Assembly (NCBI GenBank): GCA_902769255.1
Contig: CACXOM010000004.1
Span: 5,100 to 69,099 of the forward strand
Origin: Oscillospiraceae bacterium
Lineage (GTDB): Bacteria > Bacillota > Clostridia > Oscillospirales > Acutalibacteraceae
Direction: 5' to 3'
DNA length: 64,000 nt
In this document: positions 42,916-52,823 of the stretch, in pieces
Layout: each line of letters begins with the position of its first letter
Numbering within the stretch: position 1 is the stretch's first letter
Notes under the pieces: model-generated
The model's input: the letters and a program-made list of their open reading frames with translations, nothing else
Databases searched by the model: none
Told to the model about the DNA's origin: nothing
Made by a program: the position numbers and the translations under genes

Positions 42916-43998
42916 ATGGATTTTAAAAATCTTGAAAAAGCAATGCAGTTTTACAGCGAAAACAACGCACCTTTAGGCAATATTAAAGTAGTTTACAAGG
43001 GCGAAATCGTTTATGAAAAGGCTATTAACGCAAAAAGCGGTTTTGACAAGCCGTTTTATATGTATTCGGCAACAAAGGTAATTACCGCAGTTGCCGCTAT
43101 GCAGTTGGTTGAAAAAGGCGTTTTAGACCTTGATGAAGATGTTTCAAAATACATACCGACTTTTAAAAATGTTTATGTAGGCAAAGAAAAGAAATTGTCT
43201 AAAACACCGCAAACACTTCGATATTTGCTTTCAATGCAAAGCGGTTACGGCTACAATTTTGATAAAGAGAATTTGCAAAAAGCGGTTTTAAATAAAAACG
43301 CTACTACTTTGTCTGTTGTTGGCGAAATGCTAAAAGATTATGTTAATTTTGAACCGGGCTCAGATTTTGAATACGGTTTCGGGCTTGATATTGCAGGCGG
43401 AATTATTGAGGCGGTAACGGGTGTTTCTTTTGATGAATATGTTAAAAAGAATATTTTTGAACCACTCGGTATGAAAAATTCTACTTTTAAATTAAGCGAT
43501 GTCGGCGAAAAGAATATTTGGCAACAATACAGATTTAACGAAAAAACAAACGGTTTCGACAAAGAAGATAATAATATTTTTGTTTTGACTGACAAATTTT
43601 ATGCCGGCGGTGCCGGACTAATCGGCACGACTGATGACTATATAAAATTTGTTAAAGTTATGGCGAACAACGGCTTGGCTGATAACGGTTTTAGGCTTAT
43701 TTCAAAGAAAAGTATTGATGAAATGAAAAAACCGCAACTTTGCGAAAAAGCTTATAAAACATATTGGAAAGGCCCTGAATATTCTTACGGGCTCGGCGTT
43801 CGCACTTTGGTTAAAAATGATAATTCAAGAGTTCCGCTCGGCGAATTTGGCTGGGACAGCGCCGGCAACTCTTATGTTTTAATTGATAATGAAAATAATT
43901 TAGGAATTTTTTTCGGCTGCCTTGTTTTAGGGTGGAACAAAGGTTATGAAAACCATTTGAGAATAAGAGATGCAGTTTACGAAGATTTAGGGTTGTGA
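42916..43998 (+). CDS. serine hydrolase, beta-lactamase/transpeptidase-like family
   Basis: SATK (SxxK) nucleophile motif near residue 52. Overall class-C-like esterase layout, no signal peptide. Confidence 0.7.
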   Translation: MDFKNLEKAMQFYSENNAPLGNIKVVYKGEIVYEKAINAKSGFDKPFYMYSATKVITAVAAMQLVEKGVLDLDEDVSKYIPTFKNVYVGKEKKLSKTPQTLRYLLSMQSGYGYNFDKENLQKAVLNKNATTLSVVGEMLKDYVNFEPGSDFEYGFGLDIAGGIIEAVTGVSFDEYVKKNIFEPLGMKNSTFKLSDVGEKNIWQQYRFNEKTNGFDKEDNNIFVLTDKFYAGGAGLIGTTDDYIKFVKVMANNGLADNGFRLISKKSIDEMKKPQLCEKAYKTYWKGPEYSYGLGVRTLVKNDNSRVPLGEFGWDSAGNSYVLIDNENNLGIFFGCLVLGWNKGYENHLRIRDAVYEDLGL

Positions 43999-44002
43999 TT
44001 TT

Positions 44003-45310
44003 ATGAAAAATTATTATAAAATTTTAGTGGTTTTATTGTGTGCAGCGATTGTTATTTCGGTTTCCGCCTGCTCGGATTACGATAATAAAGAATCGGCAAA
44101 ACAGGTTACTTTTAACACTCTTTTTAAGCAACCTTCTACCCCTGCGCCTCACACAAAAGCTACTGCAAATTTGTCACCGAGCGAGCAGTCGACTACAGCT
44201 GAAACTACAGCGGAATTAACTTCGGCTCAAACGCAAGATGAAAATGCAAATATACCTGAGAGAACAGGCAAACGAATTTATTATGACCAAAATGCCGATA
44301 TGCGAAATATCACCTCAAAACAGCTTTTACAAGAAATAAATATTGGCATAAATATTGGCAATTCTTTTGATTTTCGCGGACTTGGCGCCGATAAATCTAT
44401 AGAAGAATATGAAACCGCATACGGCAACCCTGTTGTTACGCAAGAGCTTATTGAAGCTTACTATAAAGCGGGTTTTAAAGCGGTAAGAATACCTGTTTCG
44501 TGGACTGACCATATTGAATCTAACGGCAAAATTAATTCCGATTGGATTGATGAAATAAGAAAAGTTGTCGGTTATATTGTTGACAGAAATATGTATTGCA
44601 TAATTAATTCTGAAAACGACCAAAGTTGGCTTACCACATCTGAGAAAAACTTTGAAAAAACGAAACAAAAGTTTTCTGCTATGTGGAGCGATATTGCAAC
44701 TAATTTTAACGATTTTAACGACCGTCTTTTGTTTGAGTCGGCAGGTGAAATTCTTAAAAAAGGTAATGATTATTCCGACCCGAGCAAAACTGATTTAAAC
44801 AATGCCAATAAACTTAACGAAGCTTTTGTTAAAGCGGTTAGAAAAACAGGCAAAAACAATGCAAAACGCCATTTAATTGTTACAACTTACGGCTCGTTTA
44901 TTGACGAAAACACGCTTTCGGGCTTTAAAGTGCCGAAAGATACAGCAAAAAACCGACTAATCGCAAAAGTCAACACATTTGTGCCGAGTTCTTTTTGTTT
45001 AGATGAAAGCGGTAAAACGCTTTGGGGGACAAAGGAAGACAAACAGTACTTGTATGAAGTGTTAACAGGTGTTTACAATAAGTTTAAATCGCTGAATATT
45101 CCGTTGATAATCGGCGAATTCGGCATAATCAACAAAGGTAACGAATCTTCAAAAATCGCTTATTCAAAATACTTTTTAGAAGTGGCTTATAACTGCTATA
45201 TTAACTGCTTTTGGTATGATGACGGCAAAGACTTTTGCCTTATAAATCGTACTGATTACTCGCAAAAGCATAAAAATTTAATAAAAGCGTTGATAAAATC
45301 GGCAAAATAA
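44003..45310 (+). CDS. glycoside hydrolase family 5-like lipoprotein
   Basis: Lipobox VSACSD. GINIGNSFD, AVRIPVSW and the nucleophile-type IIGEFG. The expected acid/base NEP reads AGE (see findings). Confidence 0.6.
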   Translation: MKNYYKILVVLLCAAIVISVSACSDYDNKESAKQVTFNTLFKQPSTPAPHTKATANLSPSEQSTTAETTAELTSAQTQDENANIPERTGKRIYYDQNADMRNITSKQLLQEINIGINIGNSFDFRGLGADKSIEEYETAYGNPVVTQELIEAYYKAGFKAVRIPVSWTDHIESNGKINSDWIDEIRKVVGYIVDRNMYCIINSENDQSWLTTSEKNFEKTKQKFSAMWSDIATNFNDFNDRLLFESAGEILKKGNDYSDPSKTDLNNANKLNEAFVKAVRKTGKNNAKRHLIVTTYGSFIDENTLSGFKVPKDTAKNRLIAKVNTFVPSSFCLDESGKTLWGTKEDKQYLYEVLTGVYNKFKSLNIPLIIGEFGIINKGNESSKIAYSKYFLEVAYNCYINCFWYDDGKDFCLINRTDYSQKHKNLIKALIKSAK

Positions 45311-45374
45311 CCAAATTATGTAAATCTTTCGGCTTTCTTTTGTAATATTTAACAAATAAAATTTTAATTTTGGG

Positions 45375-45403
45375 TTGACATATTTATATTTATATTATAT
45401 AAT
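45375..45403 (+). promoter_or_regulatory. consensus sigma-A promoter (TTGACA-17-TATAAT) heading the polysaccharide locus
   Basis: TTGACA at 45375-45380 and TATAAT at 45398-45403, spacer exactly 17 nt. Confidence 0.65.
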
Positions 45404-45476
45404 AAGTATATTACAAAAATGTTAGATTTGTGTTAGTATATCGATTCATTTTGAAAACCAATTAAGTAGTGATTTT

Positions 45477-46151
45477 ATGGAAAAAACAAGTGAAAGAATA
45501 AGCGAAAATAAAATAGTTGAAAAGAAAAAATCTTCTTCAAAAAGGTTTTATTACGCAATAAAAAGATTGTTTGATATTTTGGGTTCTTTTTTGGGGCTTA
45601 TAATTTTATCGCCTTTATTGTTCATCATTTCTGCTACAATAAAAATTGAAGACGGCGGAAGTGTTTATTATGAACAAGAGCGTTTGGGCAAAGACGGCAA
45701 AACTTTTAAACTCTATAAATTCCGCAGCATGAAAGAAAATGCTGATGATTTAGAGAGTATGCTTACTCCCGAACAATTGGAACTTTATAAAAAAGAGTTC
45801 AAATTGGTTGATGACCCGAGAATTACTAAAGTGGGCAAATTTTTAAGAAAAACAAGCTTAGACGAGTTACCGCAAATGGTTAATATATTTTTGGGTGAGT
45901 TAAGCGTTATAGGTCCAAGACCTATTGTACAAGAGGAACTTGTTTGGTATGGTGAAGATGCCAAAAAGTTTTTGAGCGTAAAACCCGGACTTACTGGTTA
46001 TTGGCAAGCTTATGCCAGAAATGATGCCAACTATGTTTCTTGTAAGCGTCAAAAAATGGAGCTTTATTACATAGACAACCAGTCGGTGTGGTTAGATATT
46101 AAAATATTCTTCAAAACATTTACATCAATTTTAAGAAAAACAGGACAATAA
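45477..46151 (+). CDS. undecaprenyl-phosphate sugar phosphotransferase (small bacterial sugar transferase, priming enzyme)
   Basis: One TM, then YKFRSM, DELPQ and GPRP motifs of the Bac_transf family. Confidence 0.9.
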   Translation: MEKTSERISENKIVEKKKSSSKRFYYAIKRLFDILGSFLGLIILSPLLFIISATIKIEDGGSVYYEQERLGKDGKTFKLYKFRSMKENADDLESMLTPEQLELYKKEFKLVDDPRITKVGKFLRKTSLDELPQMVNIFLGELSVIGPRPIVQEELVWYGEDAKKFLSVKPGLTGYWQAYARNDANYVSCKRQKMELYYIDNQSVWLDIKIFFKTFTSILRKTGQ

Positions 46152-46221
46152 AATAAACTATTAATCCCGTTCGCTTTTTAAGAGAATGGGATATATGCAT
46201 TATTAAGGGAGGTGTTAAGCG

Positions 46222-47391
46222 TTGACAAATTCTCAAAAAGATTTGATTAATCTGTTGAAAAAGAGTATGTTCGATTATGAATTTGATACTTGCAATATAG
46301 ATTGGCAAACTGTTTGTGATGAAGCTATTTCGCAAGCGGTTTTGGCTTTTGTTTACGATAGCACCAATAATATCGATGATATTCCCGAAAGTGCTTATAA
46401 ACTCTTAAAGCAATATACAATTTCGGTTATTTTGAAAAACGAAAAAGTTTTTCAGGGTCAAAAAGAGCTTGTTAAATTGCTTGAAGAAAATAAAATTGAT
46501 TATGCTGTTATAAAAGGCTTAACGGCGGCAATGAATTATACAAAGCCCGAACTTAGAACTTCGGGCGATGTTGACTTTTTGGTAAGAAAAGCAGATTTTC
46601 AAAGAGTTAAAAATCTGCTTGCAAAAAATGATTATGAATTGATTAGAGAAGAGGAAAATCATTTCCATTGTGCTTTGAAAAAGCATGGCGTTCTTTTTGA
46701 AATGCATTTTGAAATGAGCGAATTCCCGAATACCGAACTTGGCGAAGATTTGAGAGATTTCTTGGATTGCGCTCTTGATGATGTTGTTGAATGTGAATAT
46801 CAGGGCGAAAAGTTTAAAGGGCTTAGCACAAAATACCAAATGTTCTCGTTGCTTTTGCATATGGAAAGACATATGTCAAAAGACGGTTTGGGACTTCGTC
46901 AATTGCTTGACTTCGGATTTTTTGTTAAAAAATACCCGCAAGTTATGAAAAGTGAAGAATATGTTTATTTGCTTAAAAAATATGGGCTTTTCAAAATGGC
47001 GAGCGTTTGTATTGATTTGACAGATAAGTATTTTTTTGATAAAGAAATTGAAAATCCGACTGCCGATATGCTTATTGAAATGTCGTTAAAACGAGGCAAT
47101 TTTGGCGTTAAGAGAGACTTGGAGGAAACATACTATAATGGAATGGTTAGAATGAATCAAGAGAATTCTGTAAAAAAATGGTTTTACTTTTTTTCTAATC
47201 GCGCTGAACTTACATGGCCTTTGGCAAAAAAGTGTAGATTCTTTAGGCATTTCGGTATAGTTTATTTACCTTTGAGGCATTTTTTAAGAATGGTTTTTAG
47301 AAAAAAGAATAGAATTAACTATAAAAAGGTATTTGATTCAACAAAAGAGACAAGTATTTTATATAACAATTTAAGTATTTTTAAAGGATAA
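46222..47391 (+). CDS. uncharacterised nucleotidyltransferase-family protein (NTP_transf_5-like)
   Basis: SGDVDFLV motif about one third into the protein, and helical C-terminal half. TTG start behind GGGAGGTG. Confidence 0.5.
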   Translation: MTNSQKDLINLLKKSMFDYEFDTCNIDWQTVCDEAISQAVLAFVYDSTNNIDDIPESAYKLLKQYTISVILKNEKVFQGQKELVKLLEENKIDYAVIKGLTAAMNYTKPELRTSGDVDFLVRKADFQRVKNLLAKNDYELIREEENHFHCALKKHGVLFEMHFEMSEFPNTELGEDLRDFLDCALDDVVECEYQGEKFKGLSTKYQMFSLLLHMERHMSKDGLGLRQLLDFGFFVKKYPQVMKSEEYVYLLKKYGLFKMASVCIDLTDKYFFDKEIENPTADMLIEMSLKRGNFGVKRDLEETYYNGMVRMNQENSVKKWFYFFSNRAELTWPLAKKCRFFRHFGIVYLPLRHFLRMVFRKKNRINYKKVFDSTKETSILYNNLSIFKG

Positions 47392-47396
47392 TCCTT

Positions 47397-48410
47397 ATGA
47401 GTAATAAAAAAATATTAATGATTACACCCGTATATTTTGATTATTACAAAAGTATCATAAGAGGGTTGGAAAATTGTGGTTTTTATGTTGATTGGTTTTC
47501 TGATCGACCAACACAAAAAAGCATTTTTAAAGCGGTTTCAAGGGTAAATCCGCATTTTGTAAAAAAAAGAGTTTGCTCATATTTCAATCAAATAATAAGT
47601 AAAGTTTCAAAAAACAATTATGATTATGTTTTTTTTATTAGAGGTATGTCATATTGCTTTAATAATGAAATGATGAAAGATCTTAAAAAATCTCAAAAAA
47701 ATGCAAAATTTATATGCTATCAGTGGGATTCTATTAAGAATTTAAAGAATATAAAAGAGTTTTGGGAGTTCTTTGATGAATGCTATACATTTGATAGAAT
47801 TGATGCTATAGAAAACGATAATCTTAATTTTTTACCACTTTTTTTTGATGAGGATTATGAAGTTTTAGGAAAAGAAAAGTTTGAAGATGACTTTGAATAT
47901 AAGTATGATTTTTGTTATATTGGAACAGCGCACCCCAAAAAATACAAGCTTATTGAAGAAATGTCAAAAGAATTAAAGAAGAAGTATAAAAAACAATATG
48001 TTTATCATTATATGCCATCTAAATTAAAGTATTTTTATCATAAGTTTAAAGATTTAGAGTATAAAAATGTAAAAATGAAAGATTTTAAAACCAAGCCTCT
48101 TTCAAAGAGACATGCTATTGATATTATTTTTAATTCAAAAATTGTTTTAGATGCTCCTCAAAACAATCAAAATGGACTTACTATAAGAGCTATTGAATCT
48201 TTAGGTGCGAAAAAAAAGTTAATTACAACTAATAAAGATATTAAGAATTACGATTTTTATAATTCGATTAATGTTTATATATACGAAGGCAGTTTTGACT
48301 TTGAATCAGATTTCTTTAATAAACCATATCAGCCTATTTCTGAAGAAATCTATAGGAATTATTCTTTATCTTGCTTTTTGAAAAAACTTTTCAAGCCATT
48401 CAGCGTTTAA
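47397..48410 (+). CDS. hypothetical polysaccharide-biosynthesis protein (no family recognised)
   Basis: Strong coding character. The position in the locus and the FLPLFFDE...[13 protein letters not shown] pattern are reminiscent of capsule-locus proteins of unknown function. Confidence 0.45.
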   Translation: MSNKKILMITPVYFDYYKSIIRGLENCGFYVDWFSDRPTQKSIFKAVSRVNPHFVKKRVCSYFNQIISKVSKNNYDYVFFIRGMSYCFNNEMMKDLKKSQKNAKFICYQWDSIKNLKNIKEFWEFFDECYTFDRIDAIENDNLNFLPLFFDEDYEVLGKEKFEDDFEYKYDFCYIGTAHPKKYKLIEEMSKELKKKYKKQYVYHYMPSKLKYFYHKFKDLEYKNVKMKDFKTKPLSKRHAIDIIFNSKIVLDAPQNNQNGLTIRAIESLGAKKKLITTNKDIKNYDFYNSINVYIYEGSFDFESDFFNKPYQPISEEIYRNYSLSCFLKKLFKPFSV

Positions 48411-48427
48411 CAAAAAGGAGTAGAAAA

Positions 48428-49312
48428 ATGAAAGGTATTATTTTAGCAGGAGGTTCAGGAACAAGGCTTTATCCTATGACAATAGTAACCTCAAAACAGT
48501 TGCTACCTGTTTATGATAAGCCTATGATTTTTTATCCGCTTTCAACGCTTATGTTGGCAGGGATAAGAGATATTTTAATTATTACCACCCCTGATGACAG
48601 CGAAAGTTTTAAAAAATTGCTTGGTGACGGCAGCGATTTTGGTGTAAATCTTTCTTATGAAGTTCAGCCTTCGCCTGAAGGTCTTGCACAAGCGTTTATT
48701 ATAGGCGAAAAGTTTATTGGCGATGATTGTTGCGCTTTATGCCTTGGCGATAATATTTTTTACGGACACGGTTTTACCGAGAAACTGAAAAATGCAGTCG
48801 CAAACAGCAAAAAAGGTTTATGCACACTTTTCGGCTATTTTGTAAATGACCCTGAAAGATTTGGCGTTGCTGAATTTGATGGGAACGGCAATGTAATTTC
48901 TATTGAGGAAAAACCTAAAAAGCCAAAATCAAATTATGCGGTTACAGGACTTTATTTTTACGATAACAGAGTTGTTGATTTTGCAAAAAAAGTCAAGCCT
49001 TCTGCAAGAGGCGAGCTTGAAATCACAACTCTTAACAATATGTATTTGCAAGCGAATGCGGTTAAAGCGGAACTTTTAGGCAGAGGCTTTGCTTGGCTTG
49101 ATACAGGTACCGCTGATAGTTTAACGGAGGCTTCGGATTTTGTTAAAACAGTTCAGCAATCGGGTATTGAAATTGCATCACTTGAAGAAATTGCTTATAA
49201 TTTCGGTTGGATTGATACTAAAAAACTTTTATCAGTTGCTAAAAAATACGGCAAATCGAATTACGGAAAGTATTTGAAAAAAATAGCAGAGGAAAAAATT
49301 GTTATTAAGTAA
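48428..49312 (+). CDS. rfbA: glucose-1-phosphate thymidylyltransferase
   Basis: [18 protein letters not shown]..., [11 protein letters not shown] at 48428 follows AAGGAG. Confidence 0.93.
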   Translation: MKGIILAGGSGTRLYPMTIVTSKQLLPVYDKPMIFYPLSTLMLAGIRDILIITTPDDSESFKKLLGDGSDFGVNLSYEVQPSPEGLAQAFIIGEKFIGDDCCALCLGDNIFYGHGFTEKLKNAVANSKKGLCTLFGYFVNDPERFGVAEFDGNGNVISIEEKPKKPKSNYAVTGLYFYDNRVVDFAKKVKPSARGELEITTLNNMYLQANAVKAELLGRGFAWLDTGTADSLTEASDFVKTVQQSGIEIASLEEIAYNFGWIDTKKLLSVAKKYGKSNYGKYLKKIAEEKIVIK

Positions 49313-49321
49313 GGAGAACTT

Positions 49322-50341
49322 ATGAAAATATTAGTTACGGGTGGAGCAGGTTTTATCGGCAGTAATTTTGTTTACTATGAACTTGAAAACTATCCTGATG
49401 ATAAAATAGTTTGCCTTGATGCTCTTACATACGCAGGTAACTTGCATACATTGGAAAATGCAATGCAAAATGAAAATTTCAAATTTGTAAGAGGCGATAT
49501 TGCTGACAGAGAATTGGTTTACAACCTTTTTGAACAAGAAAAGTTTGATATTGTTGTTAACTTTGCGGCTGAAAGCCATGTTGACAGAAGCGTTGAAAAT
49601 CCGGAAATTTTCTTGAAAACAAATATTATCGGCACATCGGTATTGATGGACGCTTGCAGAAAATACGGCATTAAGCGTTATCATCAGGTATCAACCGATG
49701 AGGTTTACGGCGACTTACCGCTTGACAGACCTGATTTGTTTTTCACCGAAACAACGCCTATTCACACTTCATCACCTTATTCTTCATCAAAAGCGGCAGC
49801 GGATTTGTTGGTTCAGGCTTACAACAGAACTTACGGCTTGCCTGTAACAATTTCGAGATGTTCAAATAACTATGGTCCTTATCACTTCCCTGAAAAATTA
49901 ATTCCGCTTATGATTTCCAGGGCTTTGGCTGATGAAAGTTTGCCTGTTTACGGCAAAGGCGAAAATGTCAGAGATTGGCTTTATGTAACTGACCATTGTT
50001 CTGCAATTGACCTTATTATCAGAAAAGGCAAAGAGGGCGAGGTTTATAATATAGGCGGTCATAATGAACGCACTAATTTAGAGGTTGTTAAAACAATTTT
50101 AAAGGTGTTAGATAAGCCTGAAAGTCTTATCACTTATGTAACCGACCGACCTGGTCATGATTTGAGATACGCTATTGACCCAACTAAAATTCATAATGAA
50201 CTTGGTTGGTTGCCGACAACAAAATTTGATGAAGGCATTAAAAAAACTGTAAAATGGTATCTTGATAATAAACCATGGTGGGAAGAAATTTTAAAAGGTG
50301 ATTATCAAAATTACTACGAAAAAATGTATGGGAATCGTTAA
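49322..50341 (+). CDS. rfbB: dTDP-glucose 4,6-dehydratase
   Basis: GGAGFIGSNF, STDEVYG, YSSSKAA. Confidence 0.93.
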   Translation: MKILVTGGAGFIGSNFVYYELENYPDDKIVCLDALTYAGNLHTLENAMQNENFKFVRGDIADRELVYNLFEQEKFDIVVNFAAESHVDRSVENPEIFLKTNIIGTSVLMDACRKYGIKRYHQVSTDEVYGDLPLDRPDLFFTETTPIHTSSPYSSSKAAADLLVQAYNRTYGLPVTISRCSNNYGPYHFPEKLIPLMISRALADESLPVYGKGENVRDWLYVTDHCSAIDLIIRKGKEGEVYNIGGHNERTNLEVVKTILKVLDKPESLITYVTDRPGHDLRYAIDPTKIHNELGWLPTTKFDEGIKKTVKWYLDNKPWWEEILKGDYQNYYEKMYGNR

Positions 50342-50344
50342 GCT

Positions 50345-51178
50345 ATGAAAGTATTAGTTACAGGAGCAAACGGTTATCTCGGTCAAGGCATTGTAAAACA
50401 GTTGCTTAATGATGGCAATGAAGTTATTGCAACTGATTTTGACTTAAAGTATGTTGATGACCGTGCTGAAAAGAGTATAGTTGATATTTTTTCTATTGAT
50501 AATCCTTATGAACATTTTTCAAAACCTGATGTTTTGCTACATTTAGCATGGCGTGATGGATTTAAGCATAATTCAAATGCTCATCTTGAAGATTTGCCAA
50601 AGCATTATTCTTTTATAGAGAAAATGATTAGTGGCGGATTAAAGCAAGTTTGTGTTATGGGAACTATGCATGAAATAGGATATTTTGAGGGTTGTGTTGA
50701 TGAAAATACACTTTGTAATCCTATGAATTTATACGGAATAGCAAAAAATGCTTTAAGAAATGCTGTTAAGATACTTTGTGAAAACAATAATGTGATTTTT
50801 CAGTGGCTTAGAGGTTATTATATTGTCGGTAACTCAAAATTTGGAAGTTCAATTTTTTCAAAAATAACCGAAGCAAATGAATGCGGTAAAAAAGAGTTTC
50901 CATTTACAACTGGAAAGAATAAATATGATTTTCTTGATTATGATGAATTTGCAGTACAAGTATCGGCAGTTTGCACACAGAATGATGTAAACGGAATAAT
51001 TAATATTTGTTCCGGAAAGCCTGTGAGTTTAGCTGATAGGGTTGAGAGATTTATCAAAGATAATAACTATGATATCAAATTAAAATATGGTGTATTTCCC
51101 GATAGAGCATACGATTCCGATGCTGTGTGGGGAAATAACGATAAGATTCAAAAAATATTAAAAGCGAAGAGATTATAA
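50345..51178 (+). CDS. NAD-dependent epimerase/dehydratase family protein, probable dTDP-4-keto-6-deoxyhexose reductase (not a typical RfbD)
   Basis: VTGANGYLGQGIV Rossmann motif and the YGIAK catalytic YxxxK. It occupies the slot between rfbB and rfbC where rfbD is expected. Confidence 0.55.
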   Translation: MKVLVTGANGYLGQGIVKQLLNDGNEVIATDFDLKYVDDRAEKSIVDIFSIDNPYEHFSKPDVLLHLAWRDGFKHNSNAHLEDLPKHYSFIEKMISGGLKQVCVMGTMHEIGYFEGCVDENTLCNPMNLYGIAKNALRNAVKILCENNNVIFQWLRGYYIVGNSKFGSSIFSKITEANECGKKEFPFTTGKNKYDFLDYDEFAVQVSAVCTQNDVNGIINICSGKPVSLADRVERFIKDNNYDIKLKYGVFPDRAYDSDAVWGNNDKIQKILKAKRL

Positions 51179-51733
51179 ATGAGTCAAATTAAAGTTACAA
51201 AAACGCCTATTGAAGGGCTTTATATTATCGAACCTACTGTTCATGGCGATGAACGAGGCTATTTTGTTGAAACTTATAACTTAAACGATATGAAAGAAGC
51301 AGGTCTTGATATGACTTTTGTTCAAGACAATCAGAGTATGTCGAAAAAAGGTGTGCTTAGAGGGTTGCATTATCAAAAGCAGTTTCCGCAAGGTAAATTG
51401 GTAAGGGTAATAAAGGGAAGCGTTTTTGATGTTGCGGTTGATTTGCGAAAAGATTCTAAAACCTACGGCAAATGGTATGGCATTGAGCTGACAGCGGAAA
51501 ACATGAAGCAGTTTTATATTTCACCCGGTTTTGCTCACGGATTTTTGGTATTGTCAGATACCGCCGAGTTTTGTTATAAATGTACCGACTTTTATCATCC
51601 GGGCGATGAGGGCGGCCTTATGTGGAACGACCCTGATATTGCAGTAGATTGGCCTTTAGAAGACGGCGTTGAATTAATAATTTCAGAAAAAGATAAAAAT
51701 AATTTAAGTTTTAAAGAAACATTTAAATTTTAA
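51179..51733 (+). CDS. rfbC: dTDP-4-dehydrorhamnose 3,5-epimerase
   Basis: GDERGYFVETY, LRGLHYQ, GFAHGF. Confidence 0.93.
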   Translation: MSQIKVTKTPIEGLYIIEPTVHGDERGYFVETYNLNDMKEAGLDMTFVQDNQSMSKKGVLRGLHYQKQFPQGKLVRVIKGSVFDVAVDLRKDSKTYGKWYGIELTAENMKQFYISPGFAHGFLVLSDTAEFCYKCTDFYHPGDEGGLMWNDPDIAVDWPLEDGVELIISEKDKNNLSFKETFKF

Positions 51734-51743
51734 GGTGTTATTT

Positions 51744-52811
51744 ATGAAAAAAGTATTGCTTATATCACATTACCCTCCTCCTGCAGGTGGAATTGCTACT
51801 TGGACAAAAAGGATATTATCAATTGGACTTCCAGATGGTTGGGAGATTGACCATGTGAATTCAAACACAATTAATGGTCGTGACCCATTTGAAAATACTA
51901 ATAGAAACATTAAGGATGAATATATAAGAAGTAAAAATATTTGGAAAAAAGAAAAAGATTTTTTGAAAAATGACAAAGATATAAAAGTAGTTCATACAAA
52001 TATTCCATGCACTATTTTTGGTATGATTAGAGAGACAGTAACAGGAATAATTGCAAAGAAATATAAAAAAAAGTTTATTCTTCATTGTCATTGTACTGTT
52101 CCGAATGTTGTAAATACTGGGTTTAAAAGATTTGTTTTTAAGATATTTTCAAAACTTTGTGATGGTATAATTGTTTTGAATAGACAATCTTATGATTTTG
52201 TTAAAGGTTTTAATGAAAAATTAGTTGTTGAAATAATACCTAATTTTGTGATGAAAGAAGAAACTAATATTAATAAACCAAAAATAATTAGAAATGAAAT
52301 TAAGAAAGTACTTTTTGTTGGAGGTGTAACCCCGGAAAAGGGTTGCGACACAATAATTCTTGCAGCTAAAAGCATTCCCAATATAGAGTTTAATTTAGTT
52401 GGTGCAGTTTCTGATGAAATTAAAAAAATGCCAAAAACAAACAATGTGGTTTTACATGGCGTTCAAAACTCTGACTATGTAAAGAATCAACTTGATGATA
52501 ATGATGTGTTTTTGTTTTTATCAAGATATTTTGGCGAAGGCTTTTCTTGCGCATTAACCGAGGCTATGGCAGCTGGATTACCTTGTATAGTAACTGATTG
52601 GGCAGCGAATGCTGATATGATTGATTATGGAAAAGGTGGGATTATTATTGACCAACAAGCGCCTAATCAATTGATTGAAGCAATTAATCAATTAGCTGAT
52701 GCGAGTAAAAGAAAAGAATTATCAGATTTTAATGTTAAAAGAGTTAAAGAAAATTATATTGAGAGTATAGTTTTAAAAAAATATACTGATTTTTATGACA
52801 TAATAGCATAA
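51744..52811 (+). CDS. glycosyltransferase family 4 (GT-B)
   Basis: C-terminal EGFSCALTEAMAAGLPCIVTD (E-x7-E region). ATG at 51744 lies 6 nt after AGGTG. Confidence 0.8.
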   Translation: MKKVLLISHYPPPAGGIATWTKRILSIGLPDGWEIDHVNSNTINGRDPFENTNRNIKDEYIRSKNIWKKEKDFLKNDKDIKVVHTNIPCTIFGMIRETVTGIIAKKYKKKFILHCHCTVPNVVNTGFKRFVFKIFSKLCDGIIVLNRQSYDFVKGFNEKLVVEIIPNFVMKEETNINKPKIIRNEIKKVLFVGGVTPEKGCDTIILAAKSIPNIEFNLVGAVSDEIKKMPKTNNVVLHGVQNSDYVKNQLDDNDVFLFLSRYFGEGFSCALTEAMAAGLPCIVTDWAANADMIDYGKGGIIIDQQAPNQLIEAINQLADASKRKELSDFNVKRVKENYIESIVLKKYTDFYDIIA

Positions 52812-52823
52812 AAAGGAAAAAAT

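Noticed and set aside
47560-47567. A8 homopolymers inside polysaccharide genes (47560-47567, also about 48209, 54441 and 54989), considered as phase-variation switches.
   Set aside because: A and T runs of this length are frequent everywhere in this AT-rich locus, and these do not coincide with any frame break. Only the A7 tract at 57888-57894 sits at an actual frame junction.
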